Source: a phage
Sequence record: PX880103.1
Strand: one strand, 5' to 3'
DNA: 64,000 nt
A model generated the notes under the pieces. That model had not been told where the DNA came from. It did no database searches and saw only the letters and a list, made by a program, of their open reading frames with translations. Below are positions 34,074-44,372 of the stretch, in pieces. Within the stretch, counting starts at the first letter, position 1. Each line of letters opens with the position of its first letter. A program made the translations under genes and the position numbers.

Positions 34074-36770
34074 TCAGCCAAACAGGAAGTCTAACGAAGC
34101 TTTTTCCTCATAGTCCATACCCGCCGATTCACACATACCCGCAAGCGGTTTAACAAACGATTTTTGGAACAAAGTTGAGTAGTCAATCCAAGACAGTACG
34201 TCAGAACGAATTTCCTTTGGAAGTTCTGTACCCGACGGCCAAGCAATACACTTGTCACCAAATGGATTTCCTTCACGTAATGGAAGAACCATTACTTTAT
34301 TTCCATCCAAAATTGGAGCTACACCTAAACCACTAACAGCTCGACGATAAGTTAGCACACCACGAATATGGAACGGGCATTTAAATCCTGGCCAACCTTT
34401 ATCATCATATTTCGCTATATCGTTCGCAGTTTTTACTTCAGCAATAACTTTATAGTCAAGTTGACGATATTCTTTCTCGAAGTTCTTGTAATATTCTTGG
34501 ACAGACTCTTCACCTTCCTGAAGAATACGACGAATACTTTCTTCGAGAGCTTCTTGCACTGCCTTTGGTGTTGAACTCTGCTGAGTTTCCATACCCATGA
34601 TTTTTAGATGCGGTTCAGCAAATCGCTTATCTTCCATATCATAAACGTTCAGAGCATAACGCTTTTTCGCTTTCCAAAATCCACCAACACCCTTTGAACC
34701 AAGTGGAGGGCAAGAAATAGCTTCACGGTCCATATGCATCAGATGCTCGCGGTTATTCATATAATCACATAACTCACGATATGCAACATCAATCATAGGT
34801 TCCATCTTTTTCTTACCGAACTGATTCATGAATTCAACCAAATCGTTCTGCTCTTTGAATCGGTCAAGACCTACTTTTTCAATAACTTTATCTACGCAAA
34901 CATATACCGAATCAGTATCACCTGCTGCAATGAAATCTTCACCATTAGTTCCGCATACTTTATTCAGATATTCATTAATTTTACGAGCAATCCACTGAAT
35001 ACCAACTTGGCCGAAAATTGTGATAGCAGTAGCATTTCGCAAATCATAGTAACGGAAATGAATATTACCAAGAGCACCATAAAGACTGTTAATAAGAATT
35101 TTACGGTTCAGCTGATTTGTGTTAGCAAGTGTAGCTGCTTTTTCACATTCCTCAATCAGACTATTGAGAACAGATTCAGTATAATTCGATAGCTCATTTA
35201 AGAAATCATCACTGAACTTAACATATCGTTCAACTTCTGGTTTAGTTGAACAGGACCCTGCGCCTTTCATAATAATCTTTTTAATAGCTTCGGCATTCAT
35301 TTCTTCAGCGAACATTTTCTTTTTCCAATCTTTACGCTGGAAAAATACTTTAGCAATTTCCTTTGGAATGATACCTTCTTGATGCTTATCATACATCCAT
35401 CCATTCGGAGAACAAGAATATTCATCACTCGGTTTAGGAGCTGTTCCTGCGATATATTCATGAATTGGATGAACTTTAAACTGCCCACGAATAGTCTCAG
35501 GACTAATGTTAACCTGACGAATAATGCTCGGATACAGAGACGTCAAGTCAAAACTCATAATATATCGACGAGCAATTGGTTTAGGTTCAAATACAAATGC
35601 ACCCGGAAAACTTTGTTTAACGTGCGAACCTTGTTGAGGAATAACCTTATGTTCACCTTTCAATGAGTTAAAAATAATAGCATCCCAAGTTTTAATAGGA
35701 CTCATTACACCAGAAAAAGGCATTTTAGCATAATAAGACATACTTAAAACTAGATCGATAAACCCGCGAATTTTATCAATTGCTTGAACTGATTCTACGT
35801 CAATGATGTTATAACTAATGTATCGTTGATGATTAGTCTCACGAAGTTTATTAATAGGGCCATCATATGGTAATTTACCTTTTTTGGTTTCATGTTGAGC
35901 AACTGATTCCAAAGAGAATGACGGCAAATTAGTAAAAGCGAATTTCTTGTATAAATCTAAATAATCAAGAATAGATACGCCATCAATAGAATAAATTTCT
36001 TTGCTACCGTACATATTTTGAATTAGTTTAGATTTTACTCGACCGATTGGAGAGAAGCGTTTCATACTGCGTTCACCTAGAATCATTTTAACACGATTCA
36101 TGATATATGGAACGTCAAATCCCTCAATATTCCAACCAGTAAAAATAGCAGGTCGTTTCTGTTCCCAGAGATTGATATATTCCATGAGCATATCACGCTC
36201 ATTATCGAATGGCATATAAATTACTCGGTCAAGAATTTCTTGAGGAACTTCATCACCACCTTCACAGTCAAGCTTAGCAGCTAACTTTGCATCCCATTTT
36301 GATACTGAGCCGTACATTGAATTCAAAAGGTCGAAAACATAAAAACGGTCGTCAATTGAATCATAATGAGTGATAGCATCAATTTCATATTCTGCTTTCA
36401 TTGGGTCAGGAAATTTATCACCAGTAACCTCAATGTCACAGTTAGCTACACGAACAAATTTTCGGTCATAAACAATTTCTGAACCATATGTATCACTGAT
36501 ATAAGCGAGTTTAAAATCGTTCATACCGAGAGCTTCGAGACCGATGTCTTCCATTCGCTTCATCCAATCTCGAGCATCTTTCATTGATGGAAATTTTTGA
36601 GGAGCGCAGTTTTTACCATAGATGTCTTTGTATTTTGACTCTTCCTTACAATGCCTAAACATAGTTGGAAGATATTCTACTTCACGAGTACGTTCCTTTC
36701 CATTTTCATCAATATAGCGTTCAACAATATTATTTCCGACTGTTTCGATAGAGATATAAAATTCTTTCAT
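34074..36770 (-). CDS. 43: DNA polymerase gp43 (family B)
   Basis: 898 aa as in T4 gp43; exonuclease and polymerase motifs (e.g. YGDTDS); ATG confirmed. Confidence 0.95.
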   Translation of the reverse strand: MKEFYISIETVGNNIVERYIDENGKERTREVEYLPTMFRHCKEESKYKDIYGKNCAPQKFPSMKDARDWMKRMEDIGLEALGMNDFKLAYISDTYGSEIVYDRKFVRVANCDIEVTGDKFPDPMKAEYEIDAITHYDSIDDRFYVFDLLNSMYGSVSKWDAKLAAKLDCEGGDEVPQEILDRVIYMPFDNERDMLMEYINLWEQKRPAIFTGWNIEGFDVPYIMNRVKMILGERSMKRFSPIGRVKSKLIQNMYGSKEIYSIDGVSILDYLDLYKKFAFTNLPSFSLESVAQHETKKGKLPYDGPINKLRETNHQRYISYNIIDVESVQAIDKIRGFIDLVLSMSYYAKMPFSGVMSPIKTWDAIIFNSLKGEHKVIPQQGSHVKQSFPGAFVFEPKPIARRYIMSFDLTSLYPSIIRQVNISPETIRGQFKVHPIHEYIAGTAPKPSDEYSCSPNGWMYDKHQEGIIPKEIAKVFFQRKDWKKKMFAEEMNAEAIKKIIMKGAGSCSTKPEVERYVKFSDDFLNELSNYTESVLNSLIEECEKAATLANTNQLNRKILINSLYGALGNIHFRYYDLRNATAITIFGQVGIQWIARKINEYLNKVCGTNGEDFIAAGDTDSVYVCVDKVIEKVGLDRFKEQNDLVEFMNQFGKKKMEPMIDVAYRELCDYMNNREHLMHMDREAISCPPLGSKGVGGFWKAKKRYALNVYDMEDKRFAEPHLKIMGMETQQSSTPKAVQEALEESIRRILQEGEESVQEYYKNFEKEYRQLDYKVIAEVKTANDIAKYDDKGWPGFKCPFHIRGVLTYRRAVSGLGVAPILDGNKVMVLPLREGNPFGDKCIAWPSGTELPKEIRSDVLSWIDYSTLFQKSFVKPLAGMCESAGMDYEEKASLDFLFG

Positions 36771-36788
36771 AGATATTCCTTAGTTTAT

Positions 36789-36806
36789 AGCCCGAGTTAT
36801 TAGGCT
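36789..36806 (-). promoter_or_regulatory. Gene 43 translational operator hairpin (autogenous repression site)
   Basis: Minus strand AGCC-UAAUAACUC-GGCU hairpin just 5' of the AAGGAA SD, matching the T4 gp43 operator arrangement. Confidence 0.5.
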
Positions 36807-36829
36807 TTGATATATTATACTCCAAATAA

Positions 36830-36843
36830 GGGGCCGAAGCCCC
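36830..36843 (-). terminator. GGGGCCGAAGCCCC hairpin between regA and gene 43
   Basis: ggggc-cgaa-gcccc. Confidence 0.5.
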
Positions 36844-36847
36844 TTGC

Positions 36848-37216
36848 TTAATTACCAATCGTATATTTAGGAACAAGTTTCCATTCATGTTTTTGTTTAA
36901 AAGAAATAACTCGGAAGTTATTAGTTAAATCTTTCATAAAAGTTCTTTGACCAGGAACGATTTCAATCAGTCCCCAATCTTCTAATAGCCATGCAATCGA
37001 ATCACGACGAACTTCATCTTCTTCTGTCATTTCAACTTGGCGACCATCCATACGAAGCATTTCTTTAAAATGAACGATATAGTATAGTCCTTTTTTCTGA
37101 AGAATATGACAGGACTGATACAGAACTTTATCTTTATTATTAGCAATTCCCATACGAGTCAAAGTTTCTTTTACTTTCAGAAAATCTTCAGGTTTTTTAA
37201 GAGTAATTTCAATCAT
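36848..37216 (-). CDS. regA: Translational repressor RegA
   Basis: 122 aa as in T4 RegA; ATG confirmed. Confidence 0.85.
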   Translation of the reverse strand: MIEITLKKPEDFLKVKETLTRMGIANNKDKVLYQSCHILQKKGLYYIVHFKEMLRMDGRQVEMTEEDEVRRDSIAWLLEDWGLIEIVPGQRTFMKDLTNNFRVISFKQKHEWKLVPKYTIGN

Positions 37217-37217
37217 T

Positions 37218-37781
37218 TTACCATTCCAATGCTAGTTTTTTGAGTTGTTTCTGTTCTTTTACGTTCTTAGTCACTTCTTTCAAAAAATCATCCGTGACTA
37301 AACCTTTTAGTTCTTTTAATACTAAAGGTAGTTTTCCGTTTTTAGTAAGAATTGATTTATAGTTAATTGCATCATTTGTATTAACTTGATACCGCTTAGC
37401 AAGTAACTTAATAATCAATACTTCGGTGGAATCTTCAACCAGTTTTGCCCATTTACCATATCTTTTACCACGAGGAACTGCAGCCATTAGATAATTAAAA
37501 TGAGCTTCATCACTTAAGCCTGATCCAATTAAATTCATAGCATATACAGCTGGCATGCACTCTGGAAATTGTGATAATGCATTTTCAACCATGAATTTTG
37601 AATAATCCTTTTGAGCAATAGAGCATTTAGTTTTATTATTGATAGCTCCAATTATTTCAAAAAATTCATTTTCAGCTTTTTCTTTAAAAGAATCAGCAGC
37701 GGATTGGACAGCTGTCCAATCTTTTGAATACCAAGCAACTTGATGCTCGTTTAATTGAATATCATCTTCAAATAAGCTCAT
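37218..37781 (-). CDS. 62: Clamp-loader subunit gp62
   Basis: 187 aa from ATG at 37781 ([14 protein letters not shown]...), one nt after gene 44 stop; track start is further upstream. Confidence 0.85.
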   Translation of the reverse strand: MSLFEDDIQLNEHQVAWYSKDWTAVQSAADSFKEKAENEFFEIIGAINNKTKCSIAQKDYSKFMVENALSQFPECMPAVYAMNLIGSGLSDEAHFNYLMAAVPRGKRYGKWAKLVEDSTEVLIIKLLAKRYQVNTNDAINYKSILTKNGKLPLVLKELKGLVTDDFLKEVTKNVKEQKQLKKLALEW

Positions 37782-37782
37782 A

Positions 37783-38742
37783 TCACTTCCACTGCATTTC
37801 ACATGCTAATTGAATGAAAAGATAAACTAAATGCAATTCAGTATTAGCTGCAATACCATGATACTGATTATTTTCGCCAACAATTTCGTACATACGAATA
37901 ATACTCTGTGGAGTTACACGTGAATAGATTTCTTCGGCAAGTTTACCCACGAACCACGAATAATCAGCCGCATATTTTGGTGCTAAAGCTCTGAGTTGTT
38001 TAACATCTTTATTTTTGAGAGACTCAAGAACATCATCAATAGCACCACGATCGTTAGTAACCAGTGATAAAATACCAGCATCCAAAACACCTTTAGATGA
38101 ATAACTATCGAGCTCGCCAATAGTTTTACGAAAATCAGGAAAATTCTTTTTAACCAAAGCTGCTACAACTTTCATATCAGCTATAGCAATTCCTTCATGC
38201 TTACAGATTTCAGTCAATCGACGAATCATCTGCTTCATCATTTCAATTTTATCTTCATCGGTCGGTTGACCGAATGTAATAACTCGACAGCGTGACTGAA
38301 GTGGTTTAATAATACCATCAATATTGTTAGCAGTAATAATAATACTACAGTTTGAACTATAAGCTTCCATAAAGGAACGAAGATGTCGCTGAGACTCTGC
38401 TAACCCTGAGCGGTCAAATTCATCAATAACGATTACTTTTTGACGACCATCAAATGAAGCGGCGCTGGCAAAATTAGTCAAAGGACCACGAACGAAATCA
38501 ATTTTACAATCTGATCCATTCACAAACATCATATCAGCATTTACATCATGACACAATGCTTTTGCTACAGTTGTTTTACCTGTTCCTGGAGAAGGAGAAT
38601 GAAGAATAATATGTGGAATCTTACCTTTACTTGTAATAGATTTAAAGGTTTCTTTATCAAAGGCGGGAAGAATACATTCATCGATAGTAGATGGACGATA
38701 TTTCTGTTCAAGAATGTGTTCTTTTTCATTTACGGTAATCAT
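37783..38742 (-). CDS. 44: Clamp-loader ATPase gp44
   Basis: 319 aa from ATG at 38742 with GAGGAAA SD ([13 protein letters not shown]...); Walker A GTGKTT. Confidence 0.9.
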   Translation of the reverse strand: MITVNEKEHILEQKYRPSTIDECILPAFDKETFKSITSKGKIPHIILHSPSPGTGKTTVAKALCHDVNADMMFVNGSDCKIDFVRGPLTNFASAASFDGRQKVIVIDEFDRSGLAESQRHLRSFMEAYSSNCSIIITANNIDGIIKPLQSRCRVITFGQPTDEDKIEMMKQMIRRLTEICKHEGIAIADMKVVAALVKKNFPDFRKTIGELDSYSSKGVLDAGILSLVTNDRGAIDDVLESLKNKDVKQLRALAPKYAADYSWFVGKLAEEIYSRVTPQSIIRMYEIVGENNQYHGIAANTELHLVYLFIQLACEMQWK

Positions 38743-38774
38743 AATTTCCTCATTCAAGTTTTAGTGTAAATTAT

Positions 38775-38792
38775 AAAGGGCCGAAGCCCTTT
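38775..38792 (-). terminator. GGGCCGAAGCCC hairpin between genes 45 and 44
   Basis: aaagggc-cgaa-gcccttt. Confidence 0.5.
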
Positions 38793-38793
38793 A

Positions 38794-39480
38794 TTAAAAA
38801 TCGTGGGTAGAATCAGCTTCAAGAGCTACTACATAATTCGCGTGTTCACCTTCAAATTTAGCAGCACCTTGTTTACCTTTTGCCCAGAGCAGAAGTTTAT
38901 AATTTCCTGGTTGCATTTTCATATTTGCCATATTGATAATGAAATTAAATGTATTTTCACCATCATAATCACCAAGAGTCAAAGAATATTTAACACGGGT
39001 CAGAGCAGAATCTTCTACTTTATTAAAACCGTTAATTACGATTTTACCTTCTTTTACCGTGATAGCAATTGTATCAATTTGCAGACCACGAGATACACGC
39101 AACAGTTGTTGAAGGTCTTCAGCTTTAATTTCAGTAACAACAGATGCTACTGGGAATGGAATTGGTTTATTAGGAGCAACTACTGTACTCGGATCGGCTG
39201 CTGGCCAAAAAATTGTTGAGCGGGCATCAGCAATTTTAATATTTCCATCTTCTGACTGGGAAATTTCTGCATCATCATTAACTAGAGACAGAATACCGAG
39301 AAAACCGTTCAAATCGTAAATTGCTACATCAAAATCAATAACGTCAGAAATATTTGCTTCCGCGTAAGTTGTACCATTAACTGCGCGAGTCATAATAAAT
39401 TGACCGGATTTAAGCATAATGCCAGAGTTAATAGTAGCGAAATTTTTAAGCAGAGCAGTAGTATCTTTAGACAGTTTCAT
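38794..39480 (-). CDS. 45: Sliding clamp gp45
   Basis: 228 aa as in T4 gp45; ATG confirmed. Confidence 0.9.
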   Translation of the reverse strand: MKLSKDTTALLKNFATINSGIMLKSGQFIMTRAVNGTTYAEANISDVIDFDVAIYDLNGFLGILSLVNDDAEISQSEDGNIKIADARSTIFWPAADPSTVVAPNKPIPFPVASVVTEIKAEDLQQLLRVSRGLQIDTIAITVKEGKIVINGFNKVEDSALTRVKYSLTLGDYDGENTFNFIINMANMKMQPGNYKLLLWAKGKQGAAKFEGEHANYVVALEADSTHDF

Positions 39481-39535
39481 GTAATTTCCTTCAATTCAAA
39501 TGAGATTTAATTTTATAACTAATTTAATAAAGCAA

Positions 39536-39925
39536 TTAACGATTAAAATCAGCCGCAATTGTTTCCGCAACAATTTGAGCAGCAACAATTAGACGTTCAT
39601 CTGCATTACCGCAATAATCATCTTCAAGGCGTTCACCACATGAAGTCATAATAAATTTAGCACCGGCGTTTAGGGATTCTGCAGTATGTTTGCGCATTAG
39701 TTCAATCCATTTATTACTTACTTCACGATCGATAGCTTCATAATACGCATGACGAGCAGGTGCAGATTTAATTTTGTTCTGAATAACTTCCATCGCGTTA
39801 TCAGAAAGAGACAAAACCCACGCTCGACGAATTTTATTTTGGTTTTGTGGATTTGATTCAGAACGCACGTGTTTTGGCTGAATATCTTTTACATCAACAG
39901 TATAATTCACAGTAATTTTAGTCAT
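39536..39925 (-). CDS. rpbA: RNA polymerase-binding protein RpbA
   Basis: 129 aa; position between 45 and 46 as T4 rpbA; ATG confirmed. Confidence 0.65.
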   Translation of the reverse strand: MTKITVNYTVDVKDIQPKHVRSESNPQNQNKIRRAWVLSLSDNAMEVIQNKIKSAPARHAYYEAIDREVSNKWIELMRKHTAESLNAGAKFIMTSCGERLEDDYCGNADERLIVAAQIVAETIAADFNR

Positions 39926-39934
39926 AATACACCT

Positions 39935-40123
39935 TTAGTCATAATAATCAGTAACAGTCCAAGCTTCATTTCTATTGGACATTATTTTTGTATATTCTGC
40001 TTTAAATGCATTCCTAAGCATAGATTCAGTAACTATATGCTCTTCATTAGAAAAATTATTTCTCAGAATATATCGTTTTATTTCAGGAATAGTTAATAGA
40101 TGCTGTCCAGTTGAATATTCCAT
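39935..40123 (-). CDS. Hypothetical protein (62 aa, 45.2 position)
   Basis: ORF track; ATG confirmed. Confidence 0.5.
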   Translation of the reverse strand: MEYSTGQHLLTIPEIKRYILRNNFSNEEHIVTESMLRNAFKAEYTKIMSNRNEAWTVTDYYD

Positions 40124-40178
40124 GTTTTTCCTCCATAGAGATTATACTCTAATAAATTAAAGCATAATCTCTTATAAA

Positions 40179-41861
40179 TTAAACCATTACAGTAAATCGA
40201 CCAACTTTCTTCATTTGAAGATGCTGACCGTATGCTTGCGGGTCATGGTCTCTATGCGAAATAACAAAAACGTTAGTATTTTTTAAACTATCTAAAATAG
40301 TTGAAATAGCTTTTACACCTTCAACGTCGGTCGCTGAATCAAAAACTTCGTCAAGAATTAGCGTGTTTATTTTAACACCTGAAACTTTTTCAGCAATATC
40401 ACGCCAAGTAAATAAAAGAGCAATATCAATTCGTGCTTTTTCACCTTGACTGAATGAAGCATAACTAAAATCTTCACGACCACGGGATTTAATTGTCTCA
40501 TTAAATTCTTCATCTAATGTAAACACATAATCCGCTTCCATTATTTTAAGATAATGGTTAATCTGCTTATTAAATAATGGAATGTACTTTTTAATAATAG
40601 CACCTTTAATACCAGAATCTTTGAGCATATCAGTCAAAATTCCTCGGTGGTATTTTTCCATTACTAAATTAGTTTTTGTCTTAACAATTTTATCAAGTTC
40701 TTCTTGAAGCAGTGCTATTTCATCAGCATGGTCAATAAACTCAGAAGATGCTTTTTCTATAGCCGCTTTAACTTTTTTAGCTTTATCTACCGTCGTGATT
40801 AGAGATTGCTTTTTATTGCGAATATCATTTGCCAACGACTGTTGGGTTTTAATATTATCTCGGTATTCATCAACAAGAACTTTTAAATTATCACGGTGTG
40901 TTGAAAGCTGTTCAAACGAATACGTACATTCAGAAACTTTATCTTTAATTTTGGAAACAACTTTATCACCGGAACTCAATTGCGACAAACAGGTTGGACA
41001 TAATCCACCTTCGTGATACATATTAATGACTTTATTATACGAGTCAATTTTTGATTTAATTAAAACTGCTTCTTGACCGATTTTATTAAATGCATCAGTC
41101 GGGTCTTCATCTAAAACAATATTAACTAATCTTTCATTAGCTTCTTCTATTTCCGATTTTAGCGTTCTAGCTTCTTTTGCCAAATCATCATACATATTTT
41201 GCAGACGAGTAAGGTTGTCACCAGTTAATTTTTTCTGGCGTTCAACATTATCATTATATATTTTAATTTGTTGGATAATACTATCTTTTTTAACATCAAG
41301 CACTTGGTTCTGTGAATTTAATTCACGTATTAGTGCTTTGTTAAGCTTATCCATTTCAGCTAATGTTCCTACCTCAAGCAGGTCTTCCACAAGCTTTCTT
41401 CGCACAGGGGTCGACAAACCCATGAAAGGGGTATACCCTGCTGTACCAAGGACAACAATCTGCTTGAAACTGGCATATGACATTCCGATAAGCTGTTCAA
41501 ATTCTGCTTGGAAATCTTTACTGCTGGCAGATTCATTAAGACGTGTACCGTTAACGGTGATTTCGAAAACGTTTGGTTTTTGTCCTCTTTTGATATAGTA
41601 CTTTTTCTCATCATATTCCATCCACAGTTCAACTAAAAGTTCTTTCTTATTTGTGCTGTTTATTAATTGACCTTTCTTTACATCACGAAATGGCTTGCCA
41701 AAAAGCCCAAATGTGATGGCTTCTAACATAGTAGACTTACCACCGCCATTTCGTCCAGTAATAAGAGTTTTTTGAACCTTATCTAATTGAATGTCAACTC
41801 CATTTTGACCAACTGACATTATATTTTTATATTTTACTCTATTAAGTTTAAATGATTTCAT
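40179..41861 (-). CDS. 46: Recombination nuclease subunit gp46 (SbcC/Rad50-like)
   Basis: 560 aa as in T4 gp46; Walker A GRNGGGKST, coiled-coil middle, CPTC zinc hook; ATG confirmed. Confidence 0.9.
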   Translation of the reverse strand: MKSFKLNRVKYKNIMSVGQNGVDIQLDKVQKTLITGRNGGGKSTMLEAITFGLFGKPFRDVKKGQLINSTNKKELLVELWMEYDEKKYYIKRGQKPNVFEITVNGTRLNESASSKDFQAEFEQLIGMSYASFKQIVVLGTAGYTPFMGLSTPVRRKLVEDLLEVGTLAEMDKLNKALIRELNSQNQVLDVKKDSIIQQIKIYNDNVERQKKLTGDNLTRLQNMYDDLAKEARTLKSEIEEANERLVNIVLDEDPTDAFNKIGQEAVLIKSKIDSYNKVINMYHEGGLCPTCLSQLSSGDKVVSKIKDKVSECTYSFEQLSTHRDNLKVLVDEYRDNIKTQQSLANDIRNKKQSLITTVDKAKKVKAAIEKASSEFIDHADEIALLQEELDKIVKTKTNLVMEKYHRGILTDMLKDSGIKGAIIKKYIPLFNKQINHYLKIMEADYVFTLDEEFNETIKSRGREDFSYASFSQGEKARIDIALLFTWRDIAEKVSGVKINTLILDEVFDSATDVEGVKAISTILDSLKNTNVFVISHRDHDPQAYGQHLQMKKVGRFTVMV

Positions 41862-41876
41862 TTTGTATCCAATTGT

Positions 41877-42731
41877 TCACAATGAAGAAAATTCTTTAAC
41901 TAAAGCCTGTAATGAAGCCTCTATTGGATATCCATTCTTAACTAACATTTTTCTAAACATCACATGTTTAGGACGATTATATGATATCCACAATTCATAC
42001 AATTTATCTTTATTATCCCAATGATAGCCTTTTCGTCGAGACGCTATATGAGCTTTTCTAATCTCCGGATTTTTCCAACTAGCAGCTACTGAATTTGATA
42101 TAGCTATTTTATATTCAGGTTTTGATAAAGCAGCACGAACAGCCTTTTGGTGTTTAATTTTATTTTCTTCGTTATTAAACCATTCCCTTGAAGCCATTGA
42201 AATTTTTTGTTTTGTTTTAAAATTATTTAATCTTTCTTTGTTATCTTTCCTATTTTTTGCTACTGAAAAATATTTTAATGCCCTTTCTCTAGCAGCATTT
42301 CTATTTTGTGGATTTGAATAATACTGTTGAAGCCTTTTTGATATTGTGTCACTTACATCCTGTCTTATAAAACTATATTCAGCAGCTATTAAATCAACTT
42401 CGGCTAAAGATAAATTTTTATATGTTTTTCCTGACATCATTCTATTTAAAGCATTTAGCATTTTTCCATTTTTACCTTTTGCTAATAAGAAATGTGCTTT
42501 GAAATGATTAAAATGACTTAAATTAACTAAATTCCATGTAGATTTTAAATATTCAGGAAATATTGATTTAGGAAGCACGTGGTGTGCTTCCGTTTTACCT
42601 GGAGTTTTAACAGTTGAATTCATAGAAATAAAATTAATGTAAGACTTGGCGTCTTCTTCACTCAACGCTAATTTTTCAACTAATTCCTTTATTAAAAATT
42701 CATCATTAATATCAAGTTTAAAATTCTTCAC
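41877..42731 (-). CDS. Free-standing HNH homing endonuclease (second copy)
   Basis: 284 aa, GTG start with AAAGGA SD; HHVLPKS...HFNHFKAH core; C-terminus KDKLYELWISYNRPKHVMFRKMLVKNGYP parallels the 24891..25541 protein. Confidence 0.7.
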   Translation of the reverse strand: MKNFKLDINDEFLIKELVEKLALSEEDAKSYINFISMNSTVKTPGKTEAHHVLPKSIFPEYLKSTWNLVNLSHFNHFKAHFLLAKGKNGKMLNALNRMMSGKTYKNLSLAEVDLIAAEYSFIRQDVSDTISKRLQQYYSNPQNRNAARERALKYFSVAKNRKDNKERLNNFKTKQKISMASREWFNNEENKIKHQKAVRAALSKPEYKIAISNSVAASWKNPEIRKAHIASRRKGYHWDNKDKLYELWISYNRPKHVMFRKMLVKNGYPIEASLQALVKEFSSL

Positions 42732-42943
42732 AAAAGATTCCTTTTAATGTATCTTTTAGACCATTCTATCATATCATCATAATCTAAAAAGTATTCATCA
42801 AATTCAGCCATGCAAACAACGCCTTGTGCTGTTTTTGATGTAATATAAATTATTCCAACATATCTAGAATCTTCTTCGGTATAATCAATGTTTGCTATGA
42901 ATTCATCATTAATGTCAAATGTCGAAAACTTCACAGTATGCAT
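42728..42943 (-). CDS. Hypothetical protein (about 71 aa, 46.1 position)
   Basis: ATG at 42943 chosen to reduce overlap with the upstream ORF (track start at 42991); start uncertain. Confidence 0.4.
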   Translation of the reverse strand: MHTVKFSTFDINDEFIANIDYTEEDSRYVGIIYITSKTAQGVVCMAEFDEYFLDYDDMIEWSKRYIKRNLL

Positions 42944-43178
42944 CCTTAATACAAGATACAGCCATATCTCGCAATGATTTAGGTGTGTCATTATCTAAAA
43001 TGTTGAAGTTAAAGGATACAGCCCAGTCAGTGCAGACCGTAACTTTTTTAATACAATTATCTTCAACTTCTAGTGGTTCAAACCAGTATTCAATAATTTC
43101 TTTATGACCAATATCATCTTTTACTTCACATTCAAAATGCTGACTCATCATAACATTTTTAAATTCATCAAAAGTCAT
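42915..43178 (-). CDS. Hypothetical protein (87 aa, 46.2 position)
   Basis: ORF track; overlaps gene 47 stop by 4 nt. Confidence 0.5.
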   Translation of the reverse strand: MTFDEFKNVMMSQHFECEVKDDIGHKEIIEYWFEPLEVEDNCIKKVTVCTDWAVSFNFNILDNDTPKSLRDMAVSCIKDAYCEVFDI

Positions 43179-44194
43179 TGTGTTGCCTCTACATATAACT
43201 GATTTGCATATTGAATAAGTGCTTCACGGTCAGAATCAGTGATGTCTGGAATTGCATTAATGTATTCTTCCATCAATGTCTGAAGCGATTGAACTTCAAC
43301 TTCTTCACTGTCATCTGACTCGACAGAGTTATCAATCTTTGACACAACTCGTAATGAATGCACAACTTTCTCTAGTTCAGATTCGAACTTCGTCAGATTT
43401 TTGTCTACTTCAGTTACTATAACACGTACTGATAGATTTGTAAAATCTTTATAGTCAATTTTTCCTTTAAATGGATAATGAATTCTACGATGCCAAGTAG
43501 TATTGTTTGGAATAAATTCCATTCGTTCTGTTTCTGTATCAAACATCCAGAACCCGCGGGGGTCATTCTCGTCACCTGCAGTTAGTGTCCATGGTGTCCC
43601 AATATATCTGACGTTAGCAGCCTCAGAGATAGTATGGAAGTGACCAGACCACACTTCTTTGTAAGTCTTAAGGAAATCAGGTTCAAGACCGTGAGATTTC
43701 ATTCCTTTATAAAAATAAAATCCATTCAGTTCCCAGTGACCGACACAATAAGAAGCAGATGAAGTTTTGATATGCTCAAGAATTTCACCAGTATTTTCTT
43801 CGCACATCCAAGGAATCAAATCAATCAAACATCCGTCAAAATCTACTGTAGTAGGCTTATCATATACTTTAACATTAGGATATTTAGCCAAAAGCTCAGT
43901 AGAGGCATTTGGAGTTAAAGTATTTTTAAAGTGCATATCATGGTTTCCTACAACAGTATGTAGGGTAATACCAGCATCATCAAGCATTTGAACTATTTCA
44001 CGGGCGAACTCCATAGTTTTATGCGTGATTGCTTTTCGCACATCAAAAATATCGCCGTATTGAATCCAGGTAGTAATTCCATTTTTCTTAGAATATTCTA
44101 TCGCTTGCTTAATTCCATCCAACTGAATGGATTGAACCCACTCGTCATCGGCTTTAACGCCTAAATGCCAATCACCTAAATTTAAAATTTTCAT
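43175..44194 (-). CDS. 47: Recombination nuclease subunit gp47 (SbcD/Mre11-like)
   Basis: 339 aa as in T4 gp47; phosphoesterase motifs (GDWH, GNHD); ATG confirmed. Confidence 0.9.
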   Translation of the reverse strand: MKILNLGDWHLGVKADDEWVQSIQLDGIKQAIEYSKKNGITTWIQYGDIFDVRKAITHKTMEFAREIVQMLDDAGITLHTVVGNHDMHFKNTLTPNASTELLAKYPNVKVYDKPTTVDFDGCLIDLIPWMCEENTGEILEHIKTSSASYCVGHWELNGFYFYKGMKSHGLEPDFLKTYKEVWSGHFHTISEAANVRYIGTPWTLTAGDENDPRGFWMFDTETERMEFIPNNTTWHRRIHYPFKGKIDYKDFTNLSVRVIVTEVDKNLTKFESELEKVVHSLRVVSKIDNSVESDDSEEVEVQSLQTLMEEYINAIPDITDSDREALIQYANQLYVEATQ

Positions 44195-44329
44195 ATATCA
44201 AGAACCGTCATTGAAATGCAAAATAAAATTATTGAAATAAATCCATCTGGAGTGCTAAAGAACCCAATCCAACATGCTCTAGTGAATAGATAAAATGCAA
44301 GAAAAAGTATCACATATCCAAGAAATATC

Positions 44330-44355
44330 ATTATATCAAACTCTGTATAAAGCTA
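44330..44355 (-). promoter_or_regulatory. Middle-promoter-like element (TAGCTTTA, 12 bp, TATAAT) upstream of gene 47
   Basis: Minus strand cccTTTAGCTTTATacagagtttgaTATAAT directly after the 44355-44372 hairpin; same arrangement as 13418-13460. Confidence 0.45.
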
Positions 44356-44372
44356 AAGGGCCGAAGCCCTTT
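44355..44372 (-). terminator. GGGCCGAAGCCC hairpin overlapping alpha-gt stop
   Basis: aaagggc-cgaa-gcccttt. Confidence 0.5.
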
